The notes: a model not told the origin generated them from the sequence alone. Shown: positions 13,356 to 30,451, counted from the first letter of the stretch. The stretch is 64,000 bases of DNA from the human T2T-CHM13v2.0 reference genome, Homo sapiens (GCF_009914755.1 NC_060929.1), one strand, 5' to 3'. A program made the numbers and translations.

Positions 13356-14854
13356 ATTGCAAACAAAGATTTTTCTTCTTTAGGGACAATTTACCCAAAG
13401 AGGCATTTCCAGTGTGGATGCTGCTGCTATGAATACTGCCATGTCAATTCAGTGAATACCAGTGTCATTCTACTGATTTAACTAAAAAGGGTCAAAGCAA
13501 ATCAGCCTTACAAAAATAATAATGTGGACCTAATTTCACTCCATTTCTCTTGCTGGGATTTTTCTACTGAGCTTGATATATCAAGAGCAGGAAATTATTT
13601 TCACATTTACATTATTCACATAATTAATTAAATCTGAATTCAATGCATGTTAGAAAGTACCCTAGAGATATGAAAAATGTCAAGATCTAACACCATTTCT
13701 CATGGCTTGCTATAGTAGAGCTGTTGTAATAAATAGATAGAAAAGAAATACAAGCAAAGCAATTTCTGATCTAGTGAATTACAGATGATGAATAGGATGC
13801 TGGTCACTCCAGGTAAGGTTTGAAACAAGTCTATTTCATTGTAACCTATCTTAAGAATACTTAGCATTTTGGGTGTCAGCTATTTAATTCAACCCTCCCA
13901 TTTCTAAATTTATTCTGTAATATATTTAGTGAACTGCTGAAAAGATCAGAAAAATTTGATTATCACGGAGACATAAAAAAGGCTGAGAGAGCAATGTATT
14001 TTTGATATCATGTCAGATTTTACTTTTACTTCTATTCTATGAAAAAGAATAAATCCAAAAGCTATTTAAACAAAATTAATGGAACATGGTTTCAGCCTAA
14101 AGTCTCTGGAAGATCCTAAAAAACGTTACTGGCTTTCTATCTGTTCATTGTCCCCTTTTGAATTTTACCAAGATGAAGTAGAGGCTTGAAATTGCACAGA
14201 AAAAAAATAGAAGTAAAGTAAATGCACAAAACTGATCTCTTAGGTACCTTGAAAATTAATGAGCAGGAAGATTTAATTTGTTCAAAGTGGATTATGGACA
14301 CTATGAAGGCACAACTACTAAGAATATCTTTAGGGATTTGTTTTAACCTTGTGGTTATACTGCAGGATTTTTAGCCTCCCTTACCCTAAAAGAGTTCCTT
14401 GAGGGAGGGGCACCTGAGTTCATCTTTGCTCTTGTTCACCTCCTGTAGTGAGTGGATGTCCTGTGTATAGGAAGCAAAAGTGCAGGATGCTGATGGTGGT
14501 CAGGGAGATCTTCTATTCCTGAATCTGTTTGTCTTCTTTTCATGGCAGTTTGGAGAAAATCCAGGGACTTGCAGACCTACAGTGGACAGGTCTGGCAAGG
14601 GGACAAATACTGTTCTGTTAAGCCAATGCACCAAGTCCCAGTGCCAGCCCCTGAAAAACTGGAACAGATGATGCAGATAACATATGTGCTTGGGACGGAG
14701 GCAGGCCCGGGGAAGGCTGAGCTCTTCCCGTCACACTTGTCCCTTGTAGGCTGGCCCGTGAGTCTGAGATCACTCTGAAATAGAGTTAGTTCCTGTAGCC
14801 ATATATGCAACAATTTGATAAACAGAATCGCATTGGCTTATAACCCAAACTAAA

Positions 14855-15610
14855 AAAAATCCATATGTCTTTACTGATAAAAATAATTCAATAAATAGAT
14901 AAATGGGGGAGAAGGGACAAATCTCTTTTTAGTCTTTTTTTGTGCAAAAGAATTTCAAATCTTTTGTGTAGATACTCTGCTCTCAAAGAAGCGGTACGTC
15001 AATCCCATCCCTTAAGTGTGGGCTGCACCTAGTTACTTCCTTCATAGGAGTTCAGTATGGAAAGTGGAAATAGAGTAAAGTTTACAGTAGGGAAACTAGA
15101 TTAACACTATAGTAGCCAGATGATCAAGGTCAATATCAATCAATGGTAGTAAGTCAAGTTGACAGGATGTACCTTCGATATGATGTGGTGAGAATGCACT
15201 TTAATTCTGTCTAATCATGAGCAAAACATGAGAATAATCCCGATGGAGGAACATTTTACAAAATACCTAATCAGTACTCCTCAAACCTTTCAATGGTATC
15301 AAAAACAAAAGCCTGATTAATTGTCACTTCCAAGGGGACTCTAAGAGACATGGCTACTAAATGTAATGTGTGCCCTGGGTAGAATTCAGGAGAAAAAAAT
15401 AATATTATGAAAAAAAACAAGGAAGACAGAATAAAGAATGAACTTGATTTAGTAACAACGTATTGATATTATTCCATTAAGTGTAACAAATATACCCTAC
15501 TAGTGTAAAGTGTTAATAAGGGAAACTTAGAGTAGGGTATATGGAAACTCCCTGTGCTAGCCTCACAATTTTTCTATAAATAAAAATGGCACTAAAAAAA
15601 TAAAGGTTGA
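14855..15610 (+). mobile_element. L1MC (MC3/MC4-like) 3'UTR
   Basis: cccttaagtgtgggctgcacctagttacttccttc, gatgatcaaggtcaatatca, gtactcctcaaa, ggtatatggaaactccctgtgcta. Confidence 0.75.
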
Positions 15611-15712
15611 TTACTTTCTTAAAAAGTCAATCCTGGGAAAGTAGCCCAGTCATCCAGAAAAGAACAGCCAAAAAAAGACTTTATGAGCGGCAGCATTGTA
15701 TTTTATCTTTCT

Positions 15713-15723
15713 GTGACTCAGCA
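15713..15723 (+). promoter_or_regulatory. Perfect ARE/MARE-half (NRF2/BACH-sMAF, AP-1) motif GTGACTCAGCA
   Basis: Exact RTGACTCAGCA match with A-rich 3' flank in non-repeat DNA; function not shown. Confidence 0.35.
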
Positions 15724-16965
15724 AAGTCATTTTCCATTGGGCATAATCTTGAAAAGCAAATAAATAAATGTAGAGCGCACTAAAAAACAAGAGGGATAAT
15801 GGAGCTCTAAATGCTGCCTTTTTTCCTTGTAAGGCCAAATTCCAGTCAATATCACAGCAGACAGGTGCACCTTATTGAGGGAAATCAAATTAGGCGACTT
15901 ACCTTTAGTACAATAATCTTGACCTAGGGACTATCTATTTATAATCAACTGACAGCATCAAGCCCTAATCAAATTCAAGATAAGGCCAAATGTGTAAAAT
16001 CTTCTTTGCACTTTTGACTTTGCTACAAGAATGATGCTTAAAGTGCCCTATTAATTTGTAGTTCTATCCCAAGATGGAGTCATCTGGGGTAAATACTATG
16101 CAATTTGAATAAAAGTCAGAATTGTTTCTCATTGGGGGCTCTCACTGCTGGGAATGGAATTTTATAATACTAAATTGAGTTCATGTAGAATATTTATCTC
16201 GTATACTCAGCTCATCTTGATAATATTAATTCTCTTGAATGTGCTGAGAGGGAGGGAGTGGACAAGGATGAATTAACCCCATTTAACGCATCGCTGGCAC
16301 ACAATTGTTGTCCCAGCTCCTGCATCCTGCTCCTTCCTTCTGTCACTGTGTCTTCTGAACACTCTCCAGAACCACTGTTGTGTGTGCCACTGACTCTCAC
16401 CTTGTGTGTGAAAGGAATAGGTAATATGTAGGATGGTATGAAAAATGGGCAGCTCCTTAAATTATGATGGGATTTTCATAGTTATCAGACAGATTTTGGT
16501 CATTCCTCTTTCAATCTTCTATCGTCTGGCCTCATCGAGTTGATGTGAAGCCTCTATTTCAGCCACGCCAGGCTTCTCCGGCCATGCCCTCCCATCATCC
16601 TCATTATCACCACTCCCATAACTTTTTGCAACCTTAAAAGCTGTGAAGGGTATTGGTATGATCATGGGCTCCTTTTTCTTAAAGATGCAGGGTCTGGACC
16701 AGTCACCAGCTGTGTTGCTTGGGATAAGACAATTAACCAAACTCAGTTGCCAACAATGCTGCTTGACAGTTGCTAAATTGAGCCAACATTAGCTTAGTTT
16801 TTAATTTTGTTTGTATTCTCCAGCAGTATGTCCAAATGTAAGCAGTTTCTAAAAGTCAAATAATTGTGACTGTCCAAAGATTCATCAATATTTTCTCTGC
16901 CACTCCACAGAAGGCTTCACATGTCTTGATAAACATTCACAACACCCTAAGAATTAGCAATGCTT

Positions 16966-17273
16966 GGCCGGGCGCGGTGGCTCACTCCTGTAATCCAAGC
17001 ACTTTGGGAGGCCGAGGCAGGCAGATCACGAGGTCAGGACATCAAGACCATCCTGGCTAACACGTGAAACCCCGTCTCTACTAAAAATACAAAAAATTAG
17101 CCGGGCGTGGTGGTGGGCACCTGTAGTCCCAGCTACTTGGGAGGCTGAGGCAGGAGAATGGCGTGAACCCAGGAGGCGGACTTGCAGTGAGCCGAGATCG
17201 CACCACAGCACTCCAGCCTGGGCGACAGAGCGAGACTCCATCTCAAAAACAAAAACAAAAAACAAACAAAAAA
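16966..17273 (+). mobile_element. AluY SINE
   Basis: ACCATCCTGGCTAACAC and GAGAATGGCGTGAACCC diagnostics; 17-bp TSD AAGAATTAGCA(A/G)TGCTT. Confidence 0.95.
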
Positions 17274-18762
17274 GAATTAGCAGTGCTTGCACCATCCCCA
17301 CAGGAGGAGGAACAAGGGGTGGCAGGGCAGTGCCCATGCTGAGGTGAATGTCTGGTGCCATTGACGATCCGTGGTATTTCTCAGTGGAGTGGTCCACTTC
17401 TGTGGACTCTTGACAGATCGTTGGAGAACTTTTAGGAAGCTGCTAAATCATTTTCAGATCTCTGAAAGCTTATCATTTAGGTCATTGCTTGTTGTTCTAT
17501 ATACATTAAAATCAGCCTTTTCTATTTTCCAAAAGTAAAAATAATACAGTTCTGTAAATAACATATCATATTTTGGAAAATAGAAAATTCCAATTTTCAT
17601 ATGTATATTTCATTAAGATACCATAAAAGTAATGATTAAAGGGGATAAAAAATGTATACCTCAAATTTTAACCTCTGTATACAGTGTATTTCATTTTTGC
17701 ACGTGTCCCTACATGTGTATACATGTGCATATAATTCATGTAATTTTAATAAAGTGAAGGAAAAATGTTGCCTTCATTTTTTCAATAATTAAGATACAGA
17801 CTTTTTCTTCTTCTTACAAAATCTTCTCAATTATTATGTTTACACTATGTAACAGTTGCTGGGACTTAACCATTTCCTGATGTTTAGAGAAAAATTGCAG
17901 TTCAAGATTTAGAAATTTTCCCTGGAATGCTTCCAGTCAGAACTGGCACCACATTTTCCTATTTCCATATATGCTTTAGGGCCATCTTTATTGCCACTTT
18001 AATCAACATATCAAAATATGTTAGTTTATCTCTAAAATGCAGCTGGCACTATTTCTTGTATTGCTTGGAGCTGGTGGGTTTTGCTAACTGTTTCCATCAT
18101 TTCCCCTGCAGCGTCTCTGAATTTTTGTCATGAAGAAAGTAGAAGTGCAGGAAAGGTTAGAACCATGTGATGTTAAAGCAATTGCTATTCAGGCAACATC
18201 CCTGCCTCATTAGGAAGCTACGGCTTCCCTATAGCTCTGTGCAGATGGAGTGCTCTGTCCTGTAATGCTTCTCTCATGTTAATATGCAGGATATTATTAA
18301 TTCAGCATATCAGCATTAAAGTATAGTAAGAGTAGTTATTATAGTCTAATGAAGGATGGTATACTGCTACTGTAATAGCTATGTTTCACATTATAGAGGT
18401 AAAATCCTGGTGGGGTAATACTTTAATAACCAGTAACCATTATTATGAAATTATGCTATTATCCCTTGGAATTCAGCGTCTGAAATTGCTGGGCTTCTTG
18501 CAACATCCAAACTCTTAGTCTCTGCCATTGCGTTGGTAGCTTGTGTGGATTGGTTAGACTAGAAATGCCTCCAGCTGAAAATGAAGATGTGGCTTTATTT
18601 GTGGACATGAGATCAGCTTGAGGTGTTTTGCTTTGCTTTTTTCTCAGATAGCAAACTGTTGGTTTTTCATGCTCAGTCATGTTTTGGAAATACATAGTTT
18701 AATTGCATTTATGAAAGAAACTTAATCTGACTTTACCATACTTAGCAGAACAATTTAATAGT

Positions 18763-19147
18763 TGTGTTAGTCCATTTTCACAGCAGTATACACTACCTGA
18801 GACTGGGTAACTTATAAAAAAGTTAAAAAGAGGCTTAATTGACTCACAGTTCCGTATGGCGGGGGAGGCCTCAGGAAACTTACAAGCATGAGGAAGGGGA
18901 AGCAGGCACCTTTTTTCACAAGGCAGTAGGGGAGAGAGCAAGGGAGCAAAGGGGAAGTGCCACACTTTAAAACCATCAGATCTGGTGAGAATTCACTGTC
19001 ATGAGAACAGCACGGAGAACAGCACGGAGGAAACTGCCCCCATGATCCAATCACCTCCCACCAGGTCCCTCCCCCAACATATGGGGATTACAATTTGGAT
19101 TACAATTCGAGATGAGATTTGGGTGGGGTCACAGCCAGACCATATCA
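18763..19147 (-). mobile_element. THE1 (THE1D-like, MaLR) solo LTR
   Basis: TG...CA termini, gatgagatttgggtggggtcacagccagaccatatca end, exact 5-bp TSD ATAGT. Confidence 0.9.
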
Positions 19148-19919
19148 ATAGTTTAAAGTGCTTCTGTAGATATTATCAAGGGCAGACAAAGATCCTTAGA
19201 AGTGATTGGAAGAGTGAAAGAAACCTCCAGCTTTACTTGTTAGATACAAGGTTACAGATAGTAAGACCTCAGAGGGAAATCAGACACTAAAATGAAACAG
19301 TAGCAACCTGGGAACTGGGAGGCATCCTCTTGAAGCAATGTAGCTGGAGGTCTTAGTGAGCCATGTTGACAAAGGTTTGGGGATGGCAGAGGGGACACTT
19401 GCACCAGGCCACGTTCTCAGAAGTGCTCTGTAGCCTGGAATTAATTCCATTCAAGGACTCATGCCCAGGACATGCTGGCCAGTGGGAAGAGTCTCCAGTT
19501 GTCCTTCCACTGTTTGTATAGATTTACTCTAAATTAAACAGACTCCAACTCTCCTAGGCCCTACCTTCTGGGGAGAGTTCTTCACTTGTAAACATTGATT
19601 ATTACTGGGAATCCTCAGCTCTCTTCTGCCACAGTCACACTTGCCTTGGGTACCTGCCATTTCCTTTTAATCTTAATTGTATCAAGCAAGTCTTAAACTC
19701 ACATTTGTGGTCCTGTTCGATGCTGACTCTCCAAAGCTGAGATCTTAACACACACATTCTCTGCCCTGGATTCCTCGTTCCTATAAGGGTAGAATGAATA
19801 ATTGGCATTATTCTCTCTTTGTCTGTCATTCAGGCATATTTCTCCAATTCCTTGTTTTTTACATTTTTTTGTTTTTGACATTTTTTTCTGTTATTACATT
19901 TTTATTTGTTGTTTAGATG

Positions 19920-21240
<1,321 letters not shown>

Positions 21241-22394
21241 CTCTCATAGCTACTTAAACTTGAAACCTATTACTTATCTGTGGGTTTTCCAATATATACG
21301 CAACATAGGTTTCTTTGTTTTCTAGCAACCATTATTTTTTTTATAGATGCATTAGTTTGTGAGACTACTGCTTATTTTCTGCTACATAAATTAGAAAATT
21401 GAAATTTGAGGGAAACTCATTAACAAATGATTATCCTCCTCCCTAGTTCTTGCCTACCACAAAGGAGTGTTGTGAGAATTAAACAGATGATTTCTTCAAA
21501 GTAGTTTTGACTGATATAGAGAATGATTCCACACAAGTACTAAGAATTAGGGTAAAGACTTATCTCATTAGTATTCAAAAACAGAGAGAGATTATAAACT
21601 AAGAATGATAAGTGGACCTGTGTGTTTAAAGAACTGACGTTGTATCTACGAAATGGAGATTTAGGCTCTCTGTAAATGATATAGATTAGTACAGCAAGTG
21701 CAAGGAGATGGCTTAGAGGAAAAGGCTGTGTTTTTCAAAAAAAAGAGGACACAGCCAAAAAACTCATGTTGAGTTTTGTGAGGATGATCATTTAGCAGTA
21801 GGACATATAGAAATTTATTCATAGTTTGCAGGCTTCAGTAACACTAGCAGATGCCACTCTAAGCATTTCAGGTGTAAAGGGTTTCATAAAGGATTTAGGT
21901 CTTATGTAATAGCTGAATATTACGAAATCTACCACAAAAGTCAGGGAACCTGCCCCTAGACCTCTCAGCCTAAGTATTTGAAGCGAGTGGTTCTCAAAAT
22001 CCCATGGAGATGCTTCCTTGGTGCTCAGGATTCCCCGGGGACCTACTGCCTCCCTCAGATTAGCAAAGCAGGTGGCTCCAAATCTCCCCTCTGCCCCTGC
22101 TACCTTCCCCACTGGCCCCAGGAAACTGTAGTGACCCTGGTGTCTGCCCAGCAGTCCAGTTGTATCTGAAATTCTTTGTCAAATTCTAACCTGGAGCCAT
22201 TCAAGAAAAGAGATTCTATTTCCTGGCCTTGCTGGCAACATAGGGAAGTTCTTAGAAAAGGCAGTGGTGCATTTGAGCTGACCAAAGAGAGGGCCATAAA
22301 TGCACCTAATAACATGATGTGAGAGGCTCTGGTTGGTGTGTGGCTTTACTGCACATGGTGACTCGGGGACCATGGTTAGTTCATCTTATGCCTT

Positions 22395-23498
<1,104 letters not shown>

Positions 23499-25594
23499 CC
23501 TTCCCCAACCCCTTGGGCCTGAGTCCTCCACATCATTCAGCAGATGGTGGGTGGTTGGAGAGTTGAGTGATGTACCTGCTTTTCAGCTGCCTTGGGCTAG
23601 AAGTGACCGTATCACTTCCACTCACATCCAACAGGCAGAAACAGGTTCACATCCCCATCTGGCTACAAAGGGGGCTTGAAGTCCCTGATGTGAAGCTACT
23701 ACCCAGTGACCATTCCATATGATAGAAAAAGGGGCAGTGATACTGATGCATAGAGCCGAAGAAATAAAGAATCAAAACACAAACATTAAAGTCCACTTTG
23801 ATATTACGCTTTTAAAAATTAATCTTGGGAGTAGTATGCAACATGAACTAATACTTCCTCAACATAGTTATATGCTTGATATCTTAGATTGTTCCTAACC
23901 TTTAAAATATCATATTCTATACTTGTGAATATGCTTGAGTTTTGCACAGGACGAAAATATTGGCTAAAAGAAACCCACTTTCATGCCTGTATTAAACTAA
24001 GGTATTATCCATCTTTTGCTTTCTGTTGTTGTAATTCACATTGACCACGAGCCCACAAGGAATGACCTTAGTGTTCTGAGTCTTTTGGAGAATCATACCT
24101 CATAAAAAGTGATGAAAAGTATTGAAGTCCCAATGAAATATACTTATCATTCATTATATCACACATAGTAATATTTACTCAAATTCCTACAGGTATGTGT
24201 ACCTCATGTCCCTGTCTTTGGCTATTAAAGTAAAATACTTTTGGCTCGCCCTGTTTGGAACAGTCTGTAGTCACCCAATACATTATGCTAGGAGTCTTTT
24301 GTCATTAAGGAGAAAATAAACAAGTGCTCTTCTGAACCGACTTCTATTTAAGTCACTTAGCCAAGAGATTTTCAGGAGTTGACTTAAGCCAGGAAAGTGA
24401 GATAAATTTTATCTGTAAAAACAGTTTGACTGAATATTAAATGAATTAATGTTTATTTGTCTGCCTTTGGCCTAGGATTTCTGAAGCCAGATGTTTTCAT
24501 CTCTTGCACTTAATGATGGCTGGTGTATTTATTTCAGTGAATGAGTGGAAGGCAGAAAGACACAGTGAGAATGTTGACCCACGCACCTGATCAAAGGGAT
24601 CTTAAATAGACATTCATCACCATAATGCAGCTGCCTTCTTTGTCCTTTACAATCCATGAAATTCAAACCGGATTCACACCACTGTCATCATCGAGTCACC
24701 TACAAAATGAGTTTTGAGTTAAGTTTGAAAATCGCATGGATTTTTACAGCAGAAAAAAAAATTGTTACAGAGATTCATGTGTTTCCCCAAAGTGCCATTA
24801 CTGCTTAAAGGTTAATTAGTTTTATTACATACCTCTGTTTCCATTGACCTGTTGACTTTTTAGACTCAACTCTGGGTACCTGCTTGAACCATCTCTGCCC
24901 TAGTGACTGTCTTCTATGTGTTTGAGGTTTGAGTATCTTTTACCAGAATTTCAGCACCATTTGAGGCAGTAGTTATACCTGTGACAAGAATATTTTATAG
25001 ATCATATATTTTCATACAGTTTTTTTATTCTAAAATAAGCTTGGCACAAAAGGGCTCACAACATAGGCAGCATTACCATAAAATTTTAAACAGAGTGTAC
25101 TTAAAACTTCATAAAACCAGATGATGATAAGAATAGCACATTTTCACATAATTAGAGATTTACTGCGGTATTATAATTTCATTTCCACAAAGCAACCTTT
25201 CATGCAAGGGGTTTTCAAGCATGTAATTATGAAATGCAGTTCAAAATGCCAAATGGAAGTGGCATGTATAGAATTTCTGAATAGTCATGTCAGAGACAGT
25301 CTGAGCTTATGGGAAACTGGGAAGTGTTACAGAACTTGGCACTTTTTGGGTCTAAAAAGGAAACCTGGAATGACAAAAGAAGTAATAGAATGTAAGTGAA
25401 TTCCTCCAAGTGGTAACCTAAAGTGAACCTGAGTTTCCTCTGTGAATGCACAGACCTGTAATAAGAGTGTGTTGCTGGGGCATCGGCCCCTCTGCAAGAG
25501 TGTGCTGCCATGTAAAGTCAATTCCTCAGTTACTGCCAATTGTGCTTGACAGTCACAAAGTCTGTTTCTCAACATGTACTGTATCATTAACAGC

Positions 25595-26400
25595 TGTTAT
25601 GGGTTGCATTGTGTTGAATCCCCTCAACATTTATATTGAAGTCATAATACCTGTTACCTCTTTTTTTATTTTATTTATCTTTATTTTTATTTTATTTATT
25701 TAATTTTTTTGAGATGGAATTTCGCTTTTGTTGCCCTGGCTGGAGTGCAATGGTGCAATCTCAGCTCACACAACCTGTGCCTCCCGGGTTCAAGGGATTC
25801 TCCTGCCTCAGCCTCCCGAGTAGCTGGGATTACAGGCATGTGCCACCATGCCTGGTTAATTTTGTAATTTTTTAGTAGAGACAGGGTTTCTCCATCCTTG
25901 TCAGGTTGGTCTCGAACTCCTGACCTCAGGTGATCCGCCTGCCTCGGCCTCCCAAAGTGCTGGGAATACAGGCGTAAGCCACCGCACCCGGCCACCTGGT
26001 ACCACTTAATGCGACCTTATTTGCAAATAGAGTCATTGCAGATGTAATTAGTTAAGATGAGGTCATACTGGAGTACGGTGGCCCCGAACCTGATATAACT
26101 GGTGTCTGTACAAAAAGAAGTTTGGACACAGATAACACACAGGGAGACATCACATGAACATGGAGAAGAGATTGGGGTGATGTTTCTAAAAGCCAGTGAG
26201 CACAAAAGATCGCCAGCAAACTACCACAAATTCAGAGAGTGCATGAAGCATAGTCTCTCTCTCAGCTCTCAGAAGCAACCAACTCTGCTGACAGCTCCAT
26301 CTCACACTTGTATCCTCCAGCGCTGTGAGATAATAATTTTCTGTTGTTTAAGTCACTCAGCTTGTGGTATTTTGTTATAGCAGGCTAGAAAACTAATACA
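25595..26400 (+). mobile_element. MLT1B/C MaLR solo LTR interrupted by AluSp
   Basis: tgttatgggttg start, gcagatgtaattagttaagatgaggtcatactggag, ...aactaataca end; TSD ACAGC/ATAGC. Confidence 0.85.
25661..25993 (-). mobile_element. AluSp SINE
   Basis: ggagtgcaatgg and gggtttctccat diagnostics; full dimer with T-rich tail. Confidence 0.93.
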
Positions 26401-27299
26401 ATAGCATGACTGCAGCTGGAGCTATTCACTTTTAAATAAAACACTTTTAAATGAGCATGACTTAATAATTCAACAAAAAGGTACTTGAGTAGCATTAGGT
26501 TTTGTGTGTTGCAATCTAAAATCTATCGGACAAGCCATTCGGTCATTGCTCGGCATATTTTAATTGGTCCATTAAGCCTTCGTGGATATTGAGTGGGTGA
26601 AATTCCATGAATATTTAATGTACCTCTGCATTTTCTTGCTGAACTATGGACAAATATATAATTACTGAAGATGAGCAATAATATCTAAGTTTTGCCCTCT
26701 TAGTTCCAAGATAGTAAAGCTCTTAGAAGACTAAGCTGTGTGATATGAAAACCAAGACAAATATGATTTTAAAGAAAATTATATAAGATTATTATACCTG
26801 TGAATTAACAATAAATACTCATATTTTATTCACTAAAGAATGTCTCTTACCTGTTGATTATCCTATTAGAAATGAAATAAATATAAATAAATTATGAAAG
26901 AACAATGTACATAATATGTGTGGTTTCCTTGAACCTGTCTGAAAAATTGTTTTATTTTTGTTGATTTATGACCAGAATTTGGAAGCCTTTGCCTGCATAA
27001 CTAAAGACACTAAGCTGTTGTTGTAATTACAATCTCTTTAATACTGCTATTGATAGACATTTTAACTGAAAAATATTTTAAAAATGCAGAATCACATATA
27101 ATAATCATTTGGAAGACACGAATATTGTCCTAAAGTTATAACTAAAAGTTATAATTTTATATTTTACAGAGTAATTTTACAATCTGGTAATGTTGCTTCT
27201 CTCAAACCAATTAATTTAAATAGACCAAAGTCCACAAACAGATATACAGACAGTGCAACTCAACATATCAGAATCCAGTATAATGCCTGTTCTGCGCTG

Positions 27300-28060
27300 A
27301 GATAATTTGTATAGTGACAGAAAGTGGTTTAGTGGTTGCCTAGGGCTGAGGATGAGAATAGGGTGGGTGGTAACTTTCATCGGGTACAAGGCCCATTTGT
27401 AGGGTGATGAGGTGGGCTGATAAATGACCCCTTCCTTAAAGTATACCCACTTCTAAATCTCCAGAGTCTGTTAATTTTACCTTATATGGCAAAAGATGTA
27501 ATGGAATTAAGAATCTTGAAATGAGGAGATTACCCCGGGATTTTCTGGTGGATTCTAGATGCAGTCATGTGTATCCTTATAAGAGGTAGAATGAGGGAGA
27601 ATTGACACACACACAATGGAGATGGTGATGTGAAGATGGAACAGAAAGACGTTTGTAGATTCTAGCCTTGAAGATTCGAAGACTGAAGCGATGCCACCAC
27701 AAGCCAAGGAATGCCCATAGCCACCAAAAGCCAGACAGGCAAGCAGCAGATGATCCCCCAGAACCTCCAGACAGAGCATGCATGGCCTTGCCACACCTTG
27801 ACTTGGGCCCCATGAGCCTGATTTGGACTTCCAGCCTCCAGAACTGTGAGGAAGCAAACTTCTGTTGTTTTAAGCCGTCAAGTTTATGGTGTGTTACAGC
27901 AGGCCCAGGAAACAAATAGAACTAATGAAAATGTTCTAAATTTTACGTTGGGATGATGGTTGTACAACTCTGTAAATATACCAAAATTTATTTAGTTGTT
28001 CACTCAAGATGGGTAAGTTTTATGCTGTGTAAATTACATCTCAGTGAACCTGATTTTTAA
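27300..28060 (+). mobile_element. L1ME/L1MB-type 3'UTR split by an MLT1 LTR
   Basis: gacagaaagtggtttagtggttgcctagggctg...gggtgatga | gaaaatgttctaaa...gatggttgtacaactctgtaaatatac. Confidence 0.65.
27410..27920 (+). mobile_element. MLT1D-like MaLR LTR
   Basis: ccttatatggcaaaag, aagaatcttgaaatgaggagatta, caagccaaggaatgc, ggacttccagcctccagaactgtgag. Confidence 0.8.
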
Positions 28061-28399
28061 GAGGATTTAACAAGCATATCAAAATTTTAAAATTTTAAAA
28101 TGTTAGGTAAACTTCTTAGCTATTGGATGTTACTGCAACATAGTTGCAAATTTTTCTCATAATTTAGTTTTTCTTCCACTCCAGTTATATTTATTTAGGA
28201 ACACTTTCATTCCAGAATTAAATCCAAGGTGAGAGTGCTTAATTTTATTTTAAAGCAATGTTGAACAGCGTAAATGTCATTCAGCATAGAAGCTCAACAA
28301 TCAGAAAATGGAAGTCATATTAAACTTTTAATGCATCTGTATAAAGAACAGTTCAAAAACTCTCAAAAGTTAATATTAAGACAACAACAAATATTTTTA

Positions 28400-28712
<313 letters not shown>

Positions 28713-28939
28713 TTAAGCACAGGAAAAATGCCCAACACCATTAGTTATATAGAAATGTTCTGTTTCTATTTTGGTGGTATTTCCATGACCACATATTTGA
28801 CCAAACTCATAAAGCCATATGCCTTAAAAGCATGACTTTTACTGTGTATAAATTATGCTTTCAGAAACCCGATGTTCAGGAGAAACTACGAAGCATAAAC
28901 AATCTTTAGAGGATGACAGAAACTGGTTTATTATCTTAA

Positions 28940-29450
28940 ACACTAAGTAAAATAAAGAGAAATAAGCATTTATCTGGCCTTTCATATGTGAATGACACCA
29001 CTAAGCAACTAAATGGGAGATAAGGAGAGGTATTTAAAGAGTATTCCAACTAACAAATACAATATAAATAATAGAATTGGCGTGTCATCCTTTTGTAAGC
29101 CCAGTGGATTAATGATGCAGACGTTAAGCAGCAATGGTGCTGGCATCAGTAAAAGAGAGACAATCAGATATAAACTTCTTCCTAATGAAAGAACATAACT
29201 CCAACAACAGTCTCACCAAAGGAATGGTACTAGAGATGGCCCAGATGCCAATTTTTTTAGAAATAAGGAAGACAGAGGAGCAGGTTGATGGACAGCCACA
29301 GTGTACAGGCAGCAGTCCTGAGCTGAGGGGAAACTGAAGTAAATGACCAGGATGTTCAACAGGGAGGTTGTAAAGAAGAGGGAAGGATGAAATGGACAAG
29401 AGTAAGCTGCAGTGACTTCAATGATAAAACAATAAAGCACGGTACCTAAA
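28940..29450 (+). mobile_element. L1MC4-like 3'UTR fragment
   Basis: gaaataagcatttatctggcctttc, agtattccaactaacaaat, aaaagagagacaatcagata, gacagaggagcaggttga. Confidence 0.55.
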
Positions 29451-29663
29451 AAAATGACTGCTACAAAAGTCACCATGAGAGTTACCTCTGGGGGATGTGT
29501 ATCGAAAAGTGGTTTGAGTGAGAAAGACAGTTGAATTAATTCTTGGATTTTGAAATAAATAAATGTATACAAAATGTAATATTTCAAATAATATCCAGAC
29601 AATAATAATAAAAGATATTATTTTCATATAATCTGTTAGCCCTTTGTAACATATACATGGTAG

Positions 29664-29969
<306 letters not shown>

Positions 29970-30451
29970 AAATAAGATTCTTATTTTCACTTTGAACAGC
30001 CTGTTGTTGACCATTTCAAAGCCTTTCAGTTTTTTCTTTGACCTGGTGATATCTTCTAAAATTGCTGGTTTATGTGGATTCACCGTAAATCAGATTCACC
30101 GTAGGCAATTTTCAAAGTTTGTGAGAAAACTAAGGTTTCCAAATGAAGTTTTTTGAAGTTTTTGTTTCATTTTGTTTTTAGTTTTAGGCGATGTTAATTG
30201 AATATCCACTGAATGCTTGGCATGTGACATCACATTCAATCTTCACCTGTGGGGATTCAACAGGCTGATGATGCAGCTGGTGGGATTTTTTATTCCATGC
30301 ACAGGAAAATAAACTCAATAGGAATCATTTTTGCATTGATAACTGCATTTGAAATCACACCCTTTAGAGAGAAAATGGCCTAATTGGAGCATATTTTTGG
30401 AGCATATTTTTGGCGGAACTATTTACATTTAGTAAATGTAAATATTTATTT

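Noticed and set aside
16519-16740. 73-aa ORF with protein-like composition
   Set aside because: No recognisable domain, non-ATG start and short; kept only as a weak non-coding exon candidate
19280-19635. Possible ancient LTR fragment
   Set aside because: Ends in ...GCCACA and has LTR-like composition, but I cannot match it to a family with confidence
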